Source: Eledone cirrhosa (lineage: Eukaryota). Taken from it: a stretch of 64,000 nucleotides of DNA. This document shows positions 13,654 through 29,032 of the stretch, one piece after another. The notes under the pieces were generated by a model that saw nothing but the letters and a program-made list of their open reading frames with translations, was not told the origin of the DNA and searched no databases. The translations under genes and the position numbers were made by a program. The DNA lies in the NCBI GenBank assembly GCA_964016885.1, contig OZ024743.1:37758001-37822000 (forward strand). The letters run 5' to 3'. Numbering within the stretch: the stretch's first letter is position 1; each line of letters opens with the position of its first letter.

Positions 13654-14079
13654 TAAAATAACGGATTAAAGTTTAAGCAAAGAATCGCTGCTTTCACCCT
13701 TAACGGGATCTTCTGAAACTAACAAAGCCAATCTGTAAACGCAGAAGTGGATATTTAAAAAAACCTTGCAACCGGAGGAAGACAGGAAGACGATACTTTG
13801 GTTCGTGGAAACGTTCCCTGGCAAAGAACGGGAAAAACAAATATAATACGTCATTAATAGGAGCGGTGAAAAACAATTACACGCAAAGACAGGACCACGT
13901 TTATGGTATAAAAGAAGTCGTAGACTAATGTTTTCTTACGTGGTTCATAGAGTCGTTCTCTGGCAAGGAACGGAAAAAACGAAGATAATACGTCATATGT
14001 GGTGTGTGGAGAACAATTGCACGCAAAGACAAAACCACGTAAATGGTATAGCTAAAGACATAGACTAAAATTCTAACTA

Positions 14080-15001
14080 GGAAACCGAATGATTCTCCGC
14101 TTCAGAGTTGAGAATAAAGTAAATAAAATACAATATAGAGGTAATTGAATGAAATAAATACATACACGCTTCCAAATACGTACATACACAAGCATATGCG
14201 AAAACACTTGCCATAGGTATACACAACCGCGCACATATAAATATGTGTGTGTGTGTGCGTGTATACAAATAAATAAATAATTAAATAAACGTATATAAAT
14301 AAATAAATACATATATAACAAGCGCACACACACATACCTACATGTAAATACACAAATGTTCGGAGACTTACGTCAACCAAAACATGAAGTACACATATAC
14401 ATACACCCAACATACGTACGAACCCGCATACTCACACAGACGCAAAATTCCCGTATACTCATAACCATAAGCATATGTACCAGAATATATAAAAATATAC
14501 GCCATAACATATACAATCAAATATACGTACGAGAAAGTATACGTACCCTCACAAAACATACAGGTAATATATACTCACCTATGCAAATAAGTAAAGGTAT
14601 AAACATAACATATACTTAGCTACCACATCAAGACTTAAATATCCACGTATAGATCGTACTATCCGTTAGGGTATAATGTGGGGCTGTAATACAGGAAGGT
14701 TTTGTGCAATTTATGTTTACAAGCTGAAATTGCCTCAGATCTTTTGTTTAAGATGTGGTCTGTGGCGTAGAGTATTTCCATTATACGATCTAGCCCTAGC
14801 TAGGATCTCCCAGTGTAACTTATATTGGGTGTGGTTGTCTTTTAGACTCCAGAAATAACCTGAAAGTGACGTCATATTCCTTCTTAGAGGGTAACGAAAA
14901 GAATGGGTATGCTTGTAAAGACGCTGCTTGAATCTATTGGCGGTTAACCCTATGTAGGCTCTAAGGAACGTGGGCGTTTCAACCTTACATTTGTAGACAG
15001 T
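14080..15001 (-). mobile_element. Hydra-type PLE GIY-YIG fragment with 3' UTR
   Basis: [45 protein letters not shown], the same endonuclease type as 300-702. The 5' break is at (TA)n; the 3' limit is approximate. Confidence 0.85.
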
Positions 15002-15114
15002 ATATATAATATATATATTTAGAAATATATATATATATATATATATAAATATATATATATATACATATATATATTTATAAATATATATATATTTATATAT
15101 ATAAATATATATTA

Positions 15115-15234
<120 letters not shown>

Positions 15235-15766
15235 CTATATATAGAGTTATAAACTCAAACAGTCTTTTACAATTAAATAGCTCAAAGAAAGAGATATTTA
15301 TATATTTATTTATATATTTATTTATATATTTATTTACTTTATTATCGGCTCCATTTGTTGAGCTAAATTTTTTAGTCCCATAAAAACGGCTGCTATTTCT
15401 AACGGCATGAGTATAGGACTGGCTAGATGCTGGGACACCATGTGCGTTCAACAGCACATTATTATCTCAGTATTCCTAGTATTTTGAGGTGAAACATACC
15501 AATTTCTGGATGCCTGCAGCTGAGCACAGAAATAGAATTTTCACTTATTGTTGCGAAACAGATTTGAGTTTTGAAATTTAAATTTGTCCAGGTATCACGG
15601 CTATTGCCAATATGGGTTTGTTTTTATTGATTTATTATTTTAAATCGAGACAGGCAAACTGTATTAATTTACTTAGTATTTTTCAATCTAGATAACTTGG
15701 TCATTTGCAATACAAACACTTATATACTTGTATTAGTGTTTATCATATATTAATTTATATTAATTA

Positions 15767-15858
<92 letters not shown>

Positions 15859-16033
15859 AATACAATATCGGAGAAAGCTTTTTAGCGATACTCCGGCCAA
15901 ATTCCAACTCACTCAACAAACATTAGGAAATAAGTGATTATATTCACAATTATGCGTTCGGGGTGCTAACTAAAAGTATTGCGTGGAAAATTGGCTGTAT
16001 TATTTCATATGAGACATATCTAATATATCTCTT

Positions 16034-16160
16034 CCCAGACGGACATCTCGTTTCATTATAGGATTCCTACAATTTGGGTGAAATTATACCAATTTATGTC
16101 GGAGCTTGTATACCATCAATAGATATATATTCAAGTGGGCTCCTATAATTCATCAGTGGG
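16034..16160 (-). ncRNA. Type I hammerhead with long branched stem II
   Basis: CCCA-CTGATGA-ATTATAGGA...TCCTATAAT-GAAA-CGAGATGTCCG-TC-TGGG; GUC triplet. Confidence 0.85.
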
Positions 16161-16737
16161 TGTCCCAATAATACTAATATTGATAATCTAACCAACATCA
16201 GTATTTAGCGATAATCATCATCTGTCCCTGAGGTATCTGTCAGGTTGCCAGTCCAGCAGTTTTAAAGAAGTGCTGAAACTGATTCTAAAAATGAGGAAGT
16301 AAATTACCGCCAAAAAAACAATACATGCACATGACAATGAACTCTGAAAGGAATTCAGGCCACGTGCTAAGAACTCAATTGGAAATTGAAAAAATATCTA
16401 TGTGTGTACAACATTTGATGACACACACAGATATTTTCTCGGGCAAAATAACAGAATGAGATATAAGGAACAATCAATATTCATATATAAAAAATAAACA
16501 AAGAAATGCTAATCTTATACCAGGAATTTTTTCAAATCTGCTGCGCCAAGAGTAAATAAATAAATACAATATCGAAGAAAGCTTTATAGCGATACTCCAG
16601 CCAAATTCCAACTCACTCAACAAACATTAGGAAATAAGTGATTATATTCCCAATTATGCGTTCGGGCTGCTAACTAAAGCTATTGCGTGGAAAATTGGCT
16701 GTATTATTTCATATGAGACATATCTAATATATCCCTT

Positions 16738-16864
16738 CCCAGACGGACGTCTCGTTTCATTATAGGATTCCTACAATTTGGGTGAAATTATACCAATTTA
16801 TGTAGGAGCTTGTATACCATCAATAGATATATATTGAAGTGGGCTCCTATAATTCATCAGTGTG
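16738..16864 (-). ncRNA. Second hammerhead copy of the 704-bp array
   Basis: Same core; stem III ACGAGACGTCCGT; stem I has one mismatch. Confidence 0.75.
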
Positions 16865-17187
16865 TGCCCCAATAATACTAATATTGATAATCTAACCAAC
16901 ATCAGTATTTAGCGATAATCATCATCTGTGCCTGAGGTATCTGTCAGGTTGCCAGTCCATCAGTTCTAAAGAAGTGCTCAAACTAATTCAAAAAATGAGG
17001 AAGTAAATTACCGCCAAAAAAACAATACATGCGCATGACAATGAACTCTGAAAGGAATTCAGGCCACGTGCTAAGAACTCAATTGGAAATTGAAAAAATA
17101 TCTGATGTACAACATTTGATGAAACACAGATATTTTCTGGAGTAAAATAACAGAATGAGATATAAGGAACAATCAATATTCATATAT

Positions 17188-18960
<1,773 letters not shown>

Positions 18961-19243
18961 TAATAAAACAATGAATAAACAAAGAAACAGTTCATTATAT
19001 TAAATAAAATTCATCATTTTACGATCGTTTCTAGGATATATATATGTTAGAAATAATGATATTTGTTTATTGAAAAAAACAAAGATTCTTGACTCTGTTT
19101 TTCCGTTAATTTTCACCGAAAATAGTTTTTGAATACATCCTCTCTTTTCATGATATCCGGATTACATTGAGTTCTTCATACGGATTGGACACTACCGTAA
19201 ATTTTTGGTAGATTAATCTACATATATTTATATATATAAATAC

Positions 19244-19277
<34 letters not shown>

Positions 19278-19306
19278 ATATTTATAAATATGTATATATA
19301 TATATT

Positions 19307-19361
<55 letters not shown>

Positions 19362-19767
19362 CGAAGGAAATGTGGTAAGGAACCAGGTGGACCATAACGC
19401 ACCAAAGTACTCAATACTTGAGGTAGTAGAGTGGGTAATAGGAACCAGTAAGACCCCGACAGCTGAGCTCAAGCCGTTTCGACGGCTTGAGCTCAGCCGT
19501 CGGGGTCTTACTGGTTCCTATATATATATATATATATATTTATAAATATATATATACTTATATATATTTATAAATATATATATACATATATTCAATACAT
19601 TAACAGAGAAAGCCTTAAGCTATACTCTGACTGGCTACCATCTCACTCAACAAACATTAGTATAATCCCAATTTTATGTTTGGAGTACTAACTATATTTA
19701 TTTTGTGGAAAGCCAGTTGTATTATTTTATACGAGATATAATTAAAATTAAAATATATATCTCTCTT

Positions 19768-19890
19768 TCCAAACAATTGTTTCATTATAAGTTTTCTACA
19801 AGTTCGGAGAATATGTCGAGAGTTATGTAGAAGCCAGCATATTTTTCTGTAAGAACATATGCAGGTGGGCACTTATAAATCATCAGTGGA
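19768..19890 (-). ncRNA. Type I hammerhead, long-stem-II family (repeat about 19590-19930)
   Basis: TCCA-CTGATGA-TTTATAAGT...ACTTATAAT-GAAA-CAATTG-TT-TGGA. Confidence 0.85.
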
Positions 19891-20045
19891 TTCCCGTGAA
19901 ACATTGATATAAGAAAAAATCTCTTACCGTATGTATATATATGTATGTATATATATATGTATGTATATATATATTTATAAATATCTATATATATATAGAT
20001 ATATATGTATGTATATACACATTTATAAATATTTATATCTATATA

Positions 20046-20155
<110 letters not shown>

Positions 20156-20469
20156 TCTCTATATATATAGATATATATATATGTATGTATATAGACATTT
20201 ATAAATATATATATATATATATATACGATATTAAGAAATGGAAACTATATTTATAAAACCATATTTATTTCATTATACATATTTCAAGGATACCATGATA
20301 AATTATGGTATGCCTTCATCAGATAAAATACAATACATACCAGTTTTATAAATATACATAGACGTACCCTTTCAAAATGCGACCGTTACTTTTGGAAGAC
20401 CATTCGAGTGCTTTATATCAGTTATAAAAATATTTGCTTGTTGTATCCCAACAATTTACATAGAACTTT

Positions 20470-20571
<102 letters not shown>

Positions 20572-20903
20572 AATATATATATATATACATACGGTTTTCC
20601 TTCTTTCTAACACAGGATTCACTAGCGAAAGGTCTGTTTCTAACTCGCGCATATATTCACACAGCTTATGCTGAAAGAATAACTATGTTGCTTGTGTTTA
20701 TTTCCATCTTCAGTTAGCTTCCCCTGTGTTGTTTACTTGTCTCACTCGCTTTACGCGTTTCTATTGTCCTAATAACTTATTTTAGTTATTATCGATTTTT
20801 ACTGCGATCAAATACCCATGATCGTTTGGTAAATCACTGATGAGGGACTCATTTTATAACATGTTATCCATGTGCAACCAGCAGTATTCTTCTCACACAT
20901 ATT

Positions 20904-21037
<134 letters not shown>

Positions 21038-21046
21038 TTATATATT

Positions 21047-21120
<74 letters not shown>

Positions 21121-21306
21121 AATTTATATATATAAATATATATATTTATAAATACATATATATATATATATGTAGATAAATCTACCAAAAGTTTACGGTA
21201 GTGTCCAATCCGTATGAAGAACTCAATGTAATCCGGATATCATGAAAAGAGAAGATGCATTCAAAAACTACTTTCGGTGAAAAATAAAACGGAAAACAGA
21301 GTCAAG

Positions 21307-21689
21307 ATAAATTAATAAAATAATGAATAAACAAAGAAAAAGTTCCTTATATTAAAAAAATTCATCATTTTACGATCGTTTCTAGGATATATATGTGTTA
21401 GAGTTGGTATGCATATTCTATAGATCTATGTACAATATTTATACAAACTATCAGAGGGAATATACATACCTACACATATATATGCTGTCTTCAGAAATAA
21501 TCTGAAGACAGCATATATATGTGTAGGTATGTATATTCCCTCTGATAGTTTGTATAAATATTGTACATAGATCTATAGAATATGCATACCAACTCTAACA
21601 CATATATATCCTAGAAACGATCGTAAAATGATGAATTTTTTTAATATAAGGAACTGTTTCTTTGTTTATTCATTATTTTATTAATTTAT
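21307..21689. repeat. Near-perfect palindrome with 189-bp arms and 5-nt loop
   Basis: Centre GCTGTCTTCAGA-AATAA-TCTGAAGACAGC; I saw one mismatch between the arms. Confidence 0.95.
21365..21500 (-). ncRNA. Type I hammerhead motif with ~105-nt stem II
   Basis: TTATTT-CTGAAGA-CAGCATATATATGTGT...ACACATATATATCCTA-GAAA-CGATCG-TA-AAATGA; palindromic stem III ACGATCGT; base of stem II imperfect. Confidence 0.7.
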
Positions 21690-21961
21690 ATATATATTTA
21701 TAAATATATATATATATATATATTTATAAATATAAATATATATATTTATAAATATATATATATATATATATCATTTGTAAATATATATATATATATGTAT
21801 TTATAAATATATATATTTATATATATAAATTTATAAATATATATATATAAACTGCTGGAATTTCAAATTTAGCGGTCATTCGAGGTGAGAGAGACCAACT
21901 TTACGGACATGATTTTTGACAGCGGTAAGAAATTGTTTTCTTATATCAATGTTTAATGGGC

Positions 21962-22087
21962 TTCCACTGACGAATTATAAGTGCCCACCTAAATATATTC
22001 TTACATGAATATATATTAGGCTTCTACATAAACTGGAAACATACTCCCAAACTTGTAGAAAACTTATAATGAAACAATTGTTTGGAA
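21962..22087 (+). ncRNA. Type I hammerhead, long-stem-II family
   Basis: TTCCA-CTGACGA-ATTATAAGT...ACTTATAAT-GAAA-CAATTG-TT-TGGAA. Confidence 0.88.
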
Positions 22088-22970
22088 AGAGAGATATACT
22101 TTAACTTTAATTTTATTTATATCTCATAAAATAATACAACTGCTTTTTCCACATTATACATATTGTTAGCACCCCAAACACTTAAATTGGGTTTATATTT
22201 TAATATAACCTAATGTTTGTTGAGTGAGATGGTTACCAGTCAGAGTTTAGCTTTAAACTATCTCTGTTATCGTATTAAATATTTACTCTTGAATGGTCAG
22301 AGGCGTTTATTTCCAGGTACCTTATGAATTTGACTTTCCGTATTTATTACTGTTGTGAAATATAGTGGCTTATTTTGGTTGTAACTTCTATGTTTTTTAG
22401 CCTAGGAAAATATATATATATGCCTACGTATATAATTACATGCATATATGTATTTATTTTCTTTTATTAATTGAGTTCTTTACACGAGGAATTAATATTG
22501 GTTTTGAAATAACTAATTAACCCGCGTGTGTCTTATATTTTACTCTTAATAATTCGGCCGGAGAATTATATTCCCATTTGCCCTTTATAGCATAACTTTC
22601 TGCATTTACTGCGGTTATGAGAAGCGGTTCTTATTCGGGTACAACTTCTGATTTAGCCTAAGAAAATATCTATATGCGTGTGTAATTTATACAAGCATAT
22701 ATTTATTTTTTTATTTTCAATTGAGTTCTTAAACACGTTGGATTGATAATGTTTTCAAAAACACTAATTAACCCGCGTGTATATTATTATTATTTTCCTT
22801 ATTTCGTGGGTTGTCTCCCCTTCCCGCTTCGTGTCGCTATGATACTTCCTCAGTCAAAAACTGCTGGAATTTCAAATTTAGCGGTCATTCGAGGTGAGAG
22901 AGACCAACTTTACGGACATGATTTTTGACAGCGGTAAGAAATTGTTTTCTTATATCAATGTTTAATGGGC

Positions 22971-23096
22971 TTCCACTGACGATTTATAAGTGCCCACCTA
23001 AATATATTCTTACATGAATATATATTAGGCTTCTACATAAACTGGAAACATTCTCCCAAACTTGTAGAAAACTTATAATGAAACAATTGTTTGGAA
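22971..23096 (+). ncRNA. Type I hammerhead, second copy
   Basis: As 21962-22087, 1009 nt downstream. Confidence 0.85.
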
Positions 23097-23365
23097 AGAG
23101 AGATATACTTTAACTTTAATTTTATTTATATCTCATAAAATAATACAACTGGTTTTTCCACATTATACATATTGTTAGCACCCCAAACACTTAAATTGGG
23201 TTTATATTTTAATATAACCTAATGTTTGTTGAGTGAGATGGTTACCAGTCAGAGTTTAGCTTTAAACTATCTCTGTTATCGTATTAATTATATATATATA
23301 TATATATATATTTATAAATATAAGAGACGTAAGATAAGAAAATTAACTTACTTACTAAAATATCA

Positions 23366-23445
23366 CTTCCAACTAATTAGTTTCTGGAATGGATTAGATA
23401 AATCTTCCGAAGAAGGTGTAGAGAAACATACCGTCATCAGGAAAG
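23366..23445 (-). ncRNA. Type I hammerhead in a pLTR-like repeat (23320-23700) with an inverted partial copy (23704-23807)
   Basis: CTTTC-CTGATGA-C-GGTATG...CATTCC-A-GAAA-CTAATTAG-TT-GGAAG. Confidence 0.8.
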
Positions 23446-23929
23446 TCAATTCTCATATAAGTTTCCAGGCAAAGCGAGGACACTGGAAGCTTATTAAAAA
23501 ATAAATCAGTGAATAGGAAATAGCAAAGCGTAGACTTACTTCCTAGCCATTGAGAAAATCACTGCCTCTGTGTCTGTGGCAAATTCAAAAAGAATCGAAC
23601 ACGTGACATCGAGGTCAATCGGTGGAAAGTGGGTTGTTAATAAGACAGCGGCCAGCCTACTACCGTAGCAGCAGTCATGGCCAGTATTGCTCGACAAATA
23701 TTTTTCTTCGGAAGATGTATCTACTCCATTCCAGAAACTAATTAGTTGGAAGTGATATTTTAGTAAGTAAGTTAATTTTATAATTTTCTTATCTTACGTC
23801 TCTTATATTATTGTTCTGCAACCCCATGCATTGAACCACAATGTTATTAAGACAAAACCTATATATTTGCTAGCATCGATATGCATTTGTATGTATATAT
23901 ATGTTACTAGATATAAATTCTTTATTATT

Positions 23930-23977
<48 letters not shown>

Positions 23978-24180
23978 CTGGTGCAAAATCAAAACAAGCT
24001 ATTTTTGCGAACAATGAACCTTGACGTGAATTTAACCTCAAAGACTCATTCCGGGCAATATAAGGAACACTCTTGGTTATTTATGCCCTTGTGAAGCCAA
24101 GCTGGGCTAAACGTACTGTTTAAAATAAACATGTTTTAACTGTCTATTCTCCGATTTCTTACTTTCTCACGTATATATAT

Positions 24181-24262
<82 letters not shown>

Positions 24263-24441
24263 TTGCTTTTCCATTAATATCCTCGTGATATTTAATGTTT
24301 TGCACCGTGAAACTGTACAGTTAGGGCCATTTGAATAGGTAAATATTTATATTATATTTTTTAATTTTGATTAATTTTAATTTTATATTAATTTTGATTT
24401 ATTTTGAAAAATTGGTTGAATTTTACTTGTTCTGCTTATCT

Positions 24442-24504
<63 letters not shown>

Positions 24505-24544
24505 TAAATATATATATATATATTTATAAATATATATATATATT

Positions 24545-24598
<54 letters not shown>

Positions 24599-25024
24599 AA
24601 TATATATATATATATATTTAAATATAGATTTAGATATATATATTTATAAATATATATATATTTATATATATATATATATATTTTTACAAATATATATATA
24701 TATATATATTTACAAATATATATATATATATATATATTTACAAATATATACATATATATATATATTTATAAATATATATATATATCTATAAATAGTATCG
24801 TCTACCCGTCTCCCTCCATATGTATGTATGTATATGTACATATATGTGTGTGTGTGTATATATAAATAAATATACACGGGTATGTATGATTGTGTATAGA
24901 AGATTATATTAATAAAAGGAATTCTAACTTTGTCTGATTTACTCGTTTTATTTACAATCCTTTAAAATTACAATGATATTATAATGAAATAGTATGGTAG
25001 AATATTAACTGTTAAATGTTAATT

Positions 25025-25061
25025 GAACAAGTACTTTCATGCTTTCGCAATCTTCAGGTTC
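25025..25061 (-). ncRNA. Minimal type I hammerhead (PLE pLTR type)
   Basis: GAAC-CTGAAGA-T-TGC GAAA GCA-T-GAAA-GTAC-TT-GTTC; palindromic stem III AGTACT. Confidence 0.85.
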
Positions 25062-25466
25062 ATATTCAGTGGTGACAGTCAAGTTTGCAATTTTCAACTG
25101 TAATTGGGTAAAATCTGTGCCTTATATACAGTAAAAAGGGGCTACAGAATGTTAGGTTATGCAGACTGTATTTAGACCAATAAGTGTGTAGTTTCACTAG
25201 ATTACTAAAGCTGATTGGTTTAGGCGTCACGGTTGGTTGAGCATGACTAACGTCTTCTATTTGACCCTATGCAAAGCTTCAATTTTTTTGCTATTTTTAG
25301 AAATGATGAAAAGAGATTTTTCTAGGGTTTTTATGAAAACCTTCAGTAATTATCAACATCAACATCACTTATATTATTATTATTGTTGTTGTTGTTGCTG
25401 TTAGTGGTGGTATTCGTCATGGTCGTAGTCGTAGTCATAGTGGAAGTAATACCCCTAAGCATTATT

Positions 25467-27004
25467 ATTGCTGTGGGAATGTCTCCCGGAGCCTGGCTGC
25501 CAAGGTGATCTGCAAGTCCGTAACACACGAACTGGGTGAGGAGTTTATTCCGGTGCAACTGGGTGTCGACGTGTCCGGTGGCTGTGAGAGAGCTGCTTAT
25601 GCAACCAGGCAGTTCTTCAACAGCTGCCCATCGAAACCGGCATCCAGGGACTCCAGGCACCTGATCGTCAAGCTTGACATGAGGAATGCCTTCAACTCGT
25701 TACGCCGGGATCATCTGCTCTAGGCCTGTCTCAGACAAGCCCCCTCCGCCTACCCGCTGGCCTACCTGTCTTATGGAGCCCCGATACGGCCATGCTCTCG
25801 GCTACTGGGGTCCAACAGGGCGACCATTTGGGACCCCTCCTGTTTGCCCTTGGTATTGACCACATCGCCTGGAGTATCACGGCTCCTCTCAACGTTTGGT
25901 ATCTAGATGATGCTACGTTGGGGGGGGGGGGGGCATACGGACGGTCTGCCATGACCTTCAATCGGTGGTTCCTGCCCTGGCGGGAATCGGCGTCCAGGTC
26001 AACTCGGCCAAGTCGGAGGTGGTGAATGTCAACCTCGATACTGCAAGATTTGCAGTCTCCGTCTTGGACGTGCGGTCCAATCTCCACCAGGTTCAGGTAA
26101 CCCCCAAAGAGGATGTCCTCATCCTCGGGTCACCGATCCCCCCGCCGGCCATCCGCTCCACCATCAGCTCCAGGCTTCAACAGCTCCAGACTCTCACGAG
26201 CCGACTGGACTTGATTGACGGCCACCCAGCTCTCTTTCTGCTGAGGAACTGCTTCGCTATGCCGAAGCTCCTCCATACACTTGACAGTGTTCCGTGCTAA
26301 ACCCAGACGTCTCTCCTCGCTGACATCGATACTTGTATCCGAGTAGCAGCCGAGGAGATATGCAACGTCAAGTTTGACGACATAGGGTGGCAACAGGCCA
26401 CTTTACATGTCAGGTATGGTGGAATTGGCCTCCGGTCCCTGATCTCACTAGCTTTGCAGGCGTATCTTTCGTCGGTAACCTCATGCCGCGTCCTCGTCAA
26501 CAGGGTTCTTCAAAACACAACAGCACCCTCTCTGTTCAGAGAACGTGAGGCCGCCTGTGAGACGTGGGATCGGCTGGGGTTTAGGCTAGTAGACGTCCCT
26601 CCTCCTTCTACCTCTGTTGATGTCAAGTTCCCGAACGCACTTGGGATGCCATCCAGTGCAGCCTGGCCTCAGACAGGATCACGCGCCAGCTCGACCATCA
26701 GCACCGCCCTGCTTGTTTTCGTGCGACCTCCAAACCCCACAGTGGTGCCTGCCTCCATGCCCTGCCCTCCTTCTACACTGGCACGCAGCTAGACAACCAT
26801 AGCCTGCGCATCGGCGTTTCCCTGAGGCTCGGCCTCCGGATGTGCCAGTCACATCCATGTCGCTGCGGTTCCACCGTGGACTCTTTCGGCCTCCACTCGC
26901 TTTCCTGTCTCCACAGTGCCGGCCGCATTCCACGCCATGCTGCCCTCAACGAGGCCTTTAAGCATGGCTTGGATGCTGCAGGCTTCCCTTCCCAGCTCAA
27001 GCTG
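25467..27004 (+). mobile_element. CRE-clade non-LTR retrotransposon pseudogene, cut at the duplication junction
   Basis: IAVG..LAAK, QLGVDVSGGCE, KLDMRNAFNSLRRD, GVQQGDHLGPLLF, WYLDDATLGG and CRCG..DSFGLHSLSC, with stops and frameshifts. Confidence 0.9.
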
Positions 27005-27394
27005 TGGCAAATTCAAAAAGAATCGAACACGTGACATCGAGGTCAATCGGTGGAAAGTGGGTTGTTAATAAGACAGCGGCCAGCCTACTACCGTAGCAGC
27101 AGTCATGGCCAGTATTGCTCGACAAATATTTTTCTTCGGAAGATGTATCTACTCCATTCCAGAAACTAATTAGTTGGAAGTGATATTTTAGTAAGTAAGT
27201 TAACTTTATAATTTTCTTATCTTACGTCTCTTATATTATTGTTCTGCAACCCCATGCATTGAACCACAATGTTATTAAGACAAAACCTATATATTTGCTA
27301 GCATCGATATGCATTTGTATGTATATATATGTTACTAGATATAAATTCTTTATTATTTATAAATATATATATATATATATATATACACTTATAA

Positions 27395-27487
<93 letters not shown>

Positions 27488-27690
27488 CTGGTGCAAAATC
27501 AAAACAAGCTATTTTTGCGAACAATGAACCTTGACGTGAATTTAACCTCAAAAACTCATTCCGGGCAATATAAGGAACACTCTTGGTTATTTATGCCCTT
27601 GTGAAGCCAAGCTGGGCTAAACGTACTGTTTTAAATAAACATGTTTTAACTGTCTATTCTCCGATTTCTTACTTTCTCACGTATATATAT

Positions 27691-27784
<94 letters not shown>

Positions 27785-27963
27785 TTGCTTTTCCATTAAT
27801 ATCCTCGTGATATTTAATGTTTTGCACCGTGAAACTGTACAGTTAGGGCCATTTGAATAGGTAAATATTTATATTATATTTTTTAATTTTGATTAATTTT
27901 AATTTTATATTAATTTTGATTTATTTTGAAAAATTGGTTGAATTTTACTTGTTCTGCTTATCT

Positions 27964-28046
<83 letters not shown>

Positions 28047-28086
28047 TAAATATATATATATATATTTATAAATATATATATATATT

Positions 28087-28164
<78 letters not shown>

Positions 28165-28590
28165 AATATATATATATATATATTTAAATATAGATTTAGA
28201 TATATATATTTATAAATATATATATATTTATATATATATATATATATTTTTACAAATATATATATATATATATATTTACAAATATATATATATATATATA
28301 TATTTACAAATATATACATATATATATATATTTATAAATATATATATATATCTATAAATAGTATCGTCTACCCGTCTCCCTCCATATGTATGTATGTATA
28401 TGTACATATATGTGTGTGTGTGTATATATAAATAAATATACACGGGTGTGTATGATTGTGTATAGAAGATTATATTAATAAAAGGAATTCTAACTTTGTC
28501 TGATTTACTCGTTTTATTTACAATCCTTTAAAATTACAATGATATTATAATGAAATAGTATGGTAGAATATTAACTGTTAAATGTTAATT

Positions 28591-28627
28591 GAACAAGTAC
28601 TTTCATGCTTTCGCAATCTTCAGGTTC
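28591..28627 (-). ncRNA. Minimal type I hammerhead (duplicate of 25025-25061)
   Basis: Identical sequence. Confidence 0.85.
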
Positions 28628-29032
28628 ATATTCAGTGGTGACAGTCAAGTTTGCAATTTTCAACTGTAATTGGGTAAAATCTGTGCCTTATATACAGTAA
28701 AAAGGGGCTACAGAATGTTAGGTTATGCAGACTGTATTTAGACCAATAAGTGTGTAGTTTCACTAGATTACTAAAGCTGATTGGTTTAGGCGTCACGGTT
28801 GGTTGAGCATGACTAACGTCTTCTATTTGACCCTATGCAAAGCTTCAATTTTTTTGCTATTTTTAGAAATGATGAAAAGAGATTTTTCTAGGGTTTTTAT
28901 GAAAACCTTCAGTAATTATCAACATCAACATCACTTATATTATTATTATTGTTGTTGTTGTTGCTGTTAGTGGTGGTATTCGTCATGGTCGTAGTCGTAG
29001 TCATAGTGGAAGTAATACCCCTAAGCATTATT

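Larger units (their letters stand above)
21849..23288 (+). mobile_element. Non-coding element with ~430-bp direct repeats (21849-22278, 22858-23287; 1009-bp period), each carrying a hammerhead
   Basis: CTGCTGGAATTTC at 21852 and 22861; no ORF between the repeats; (TA)n on both flanks. Confidence 0.85.
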
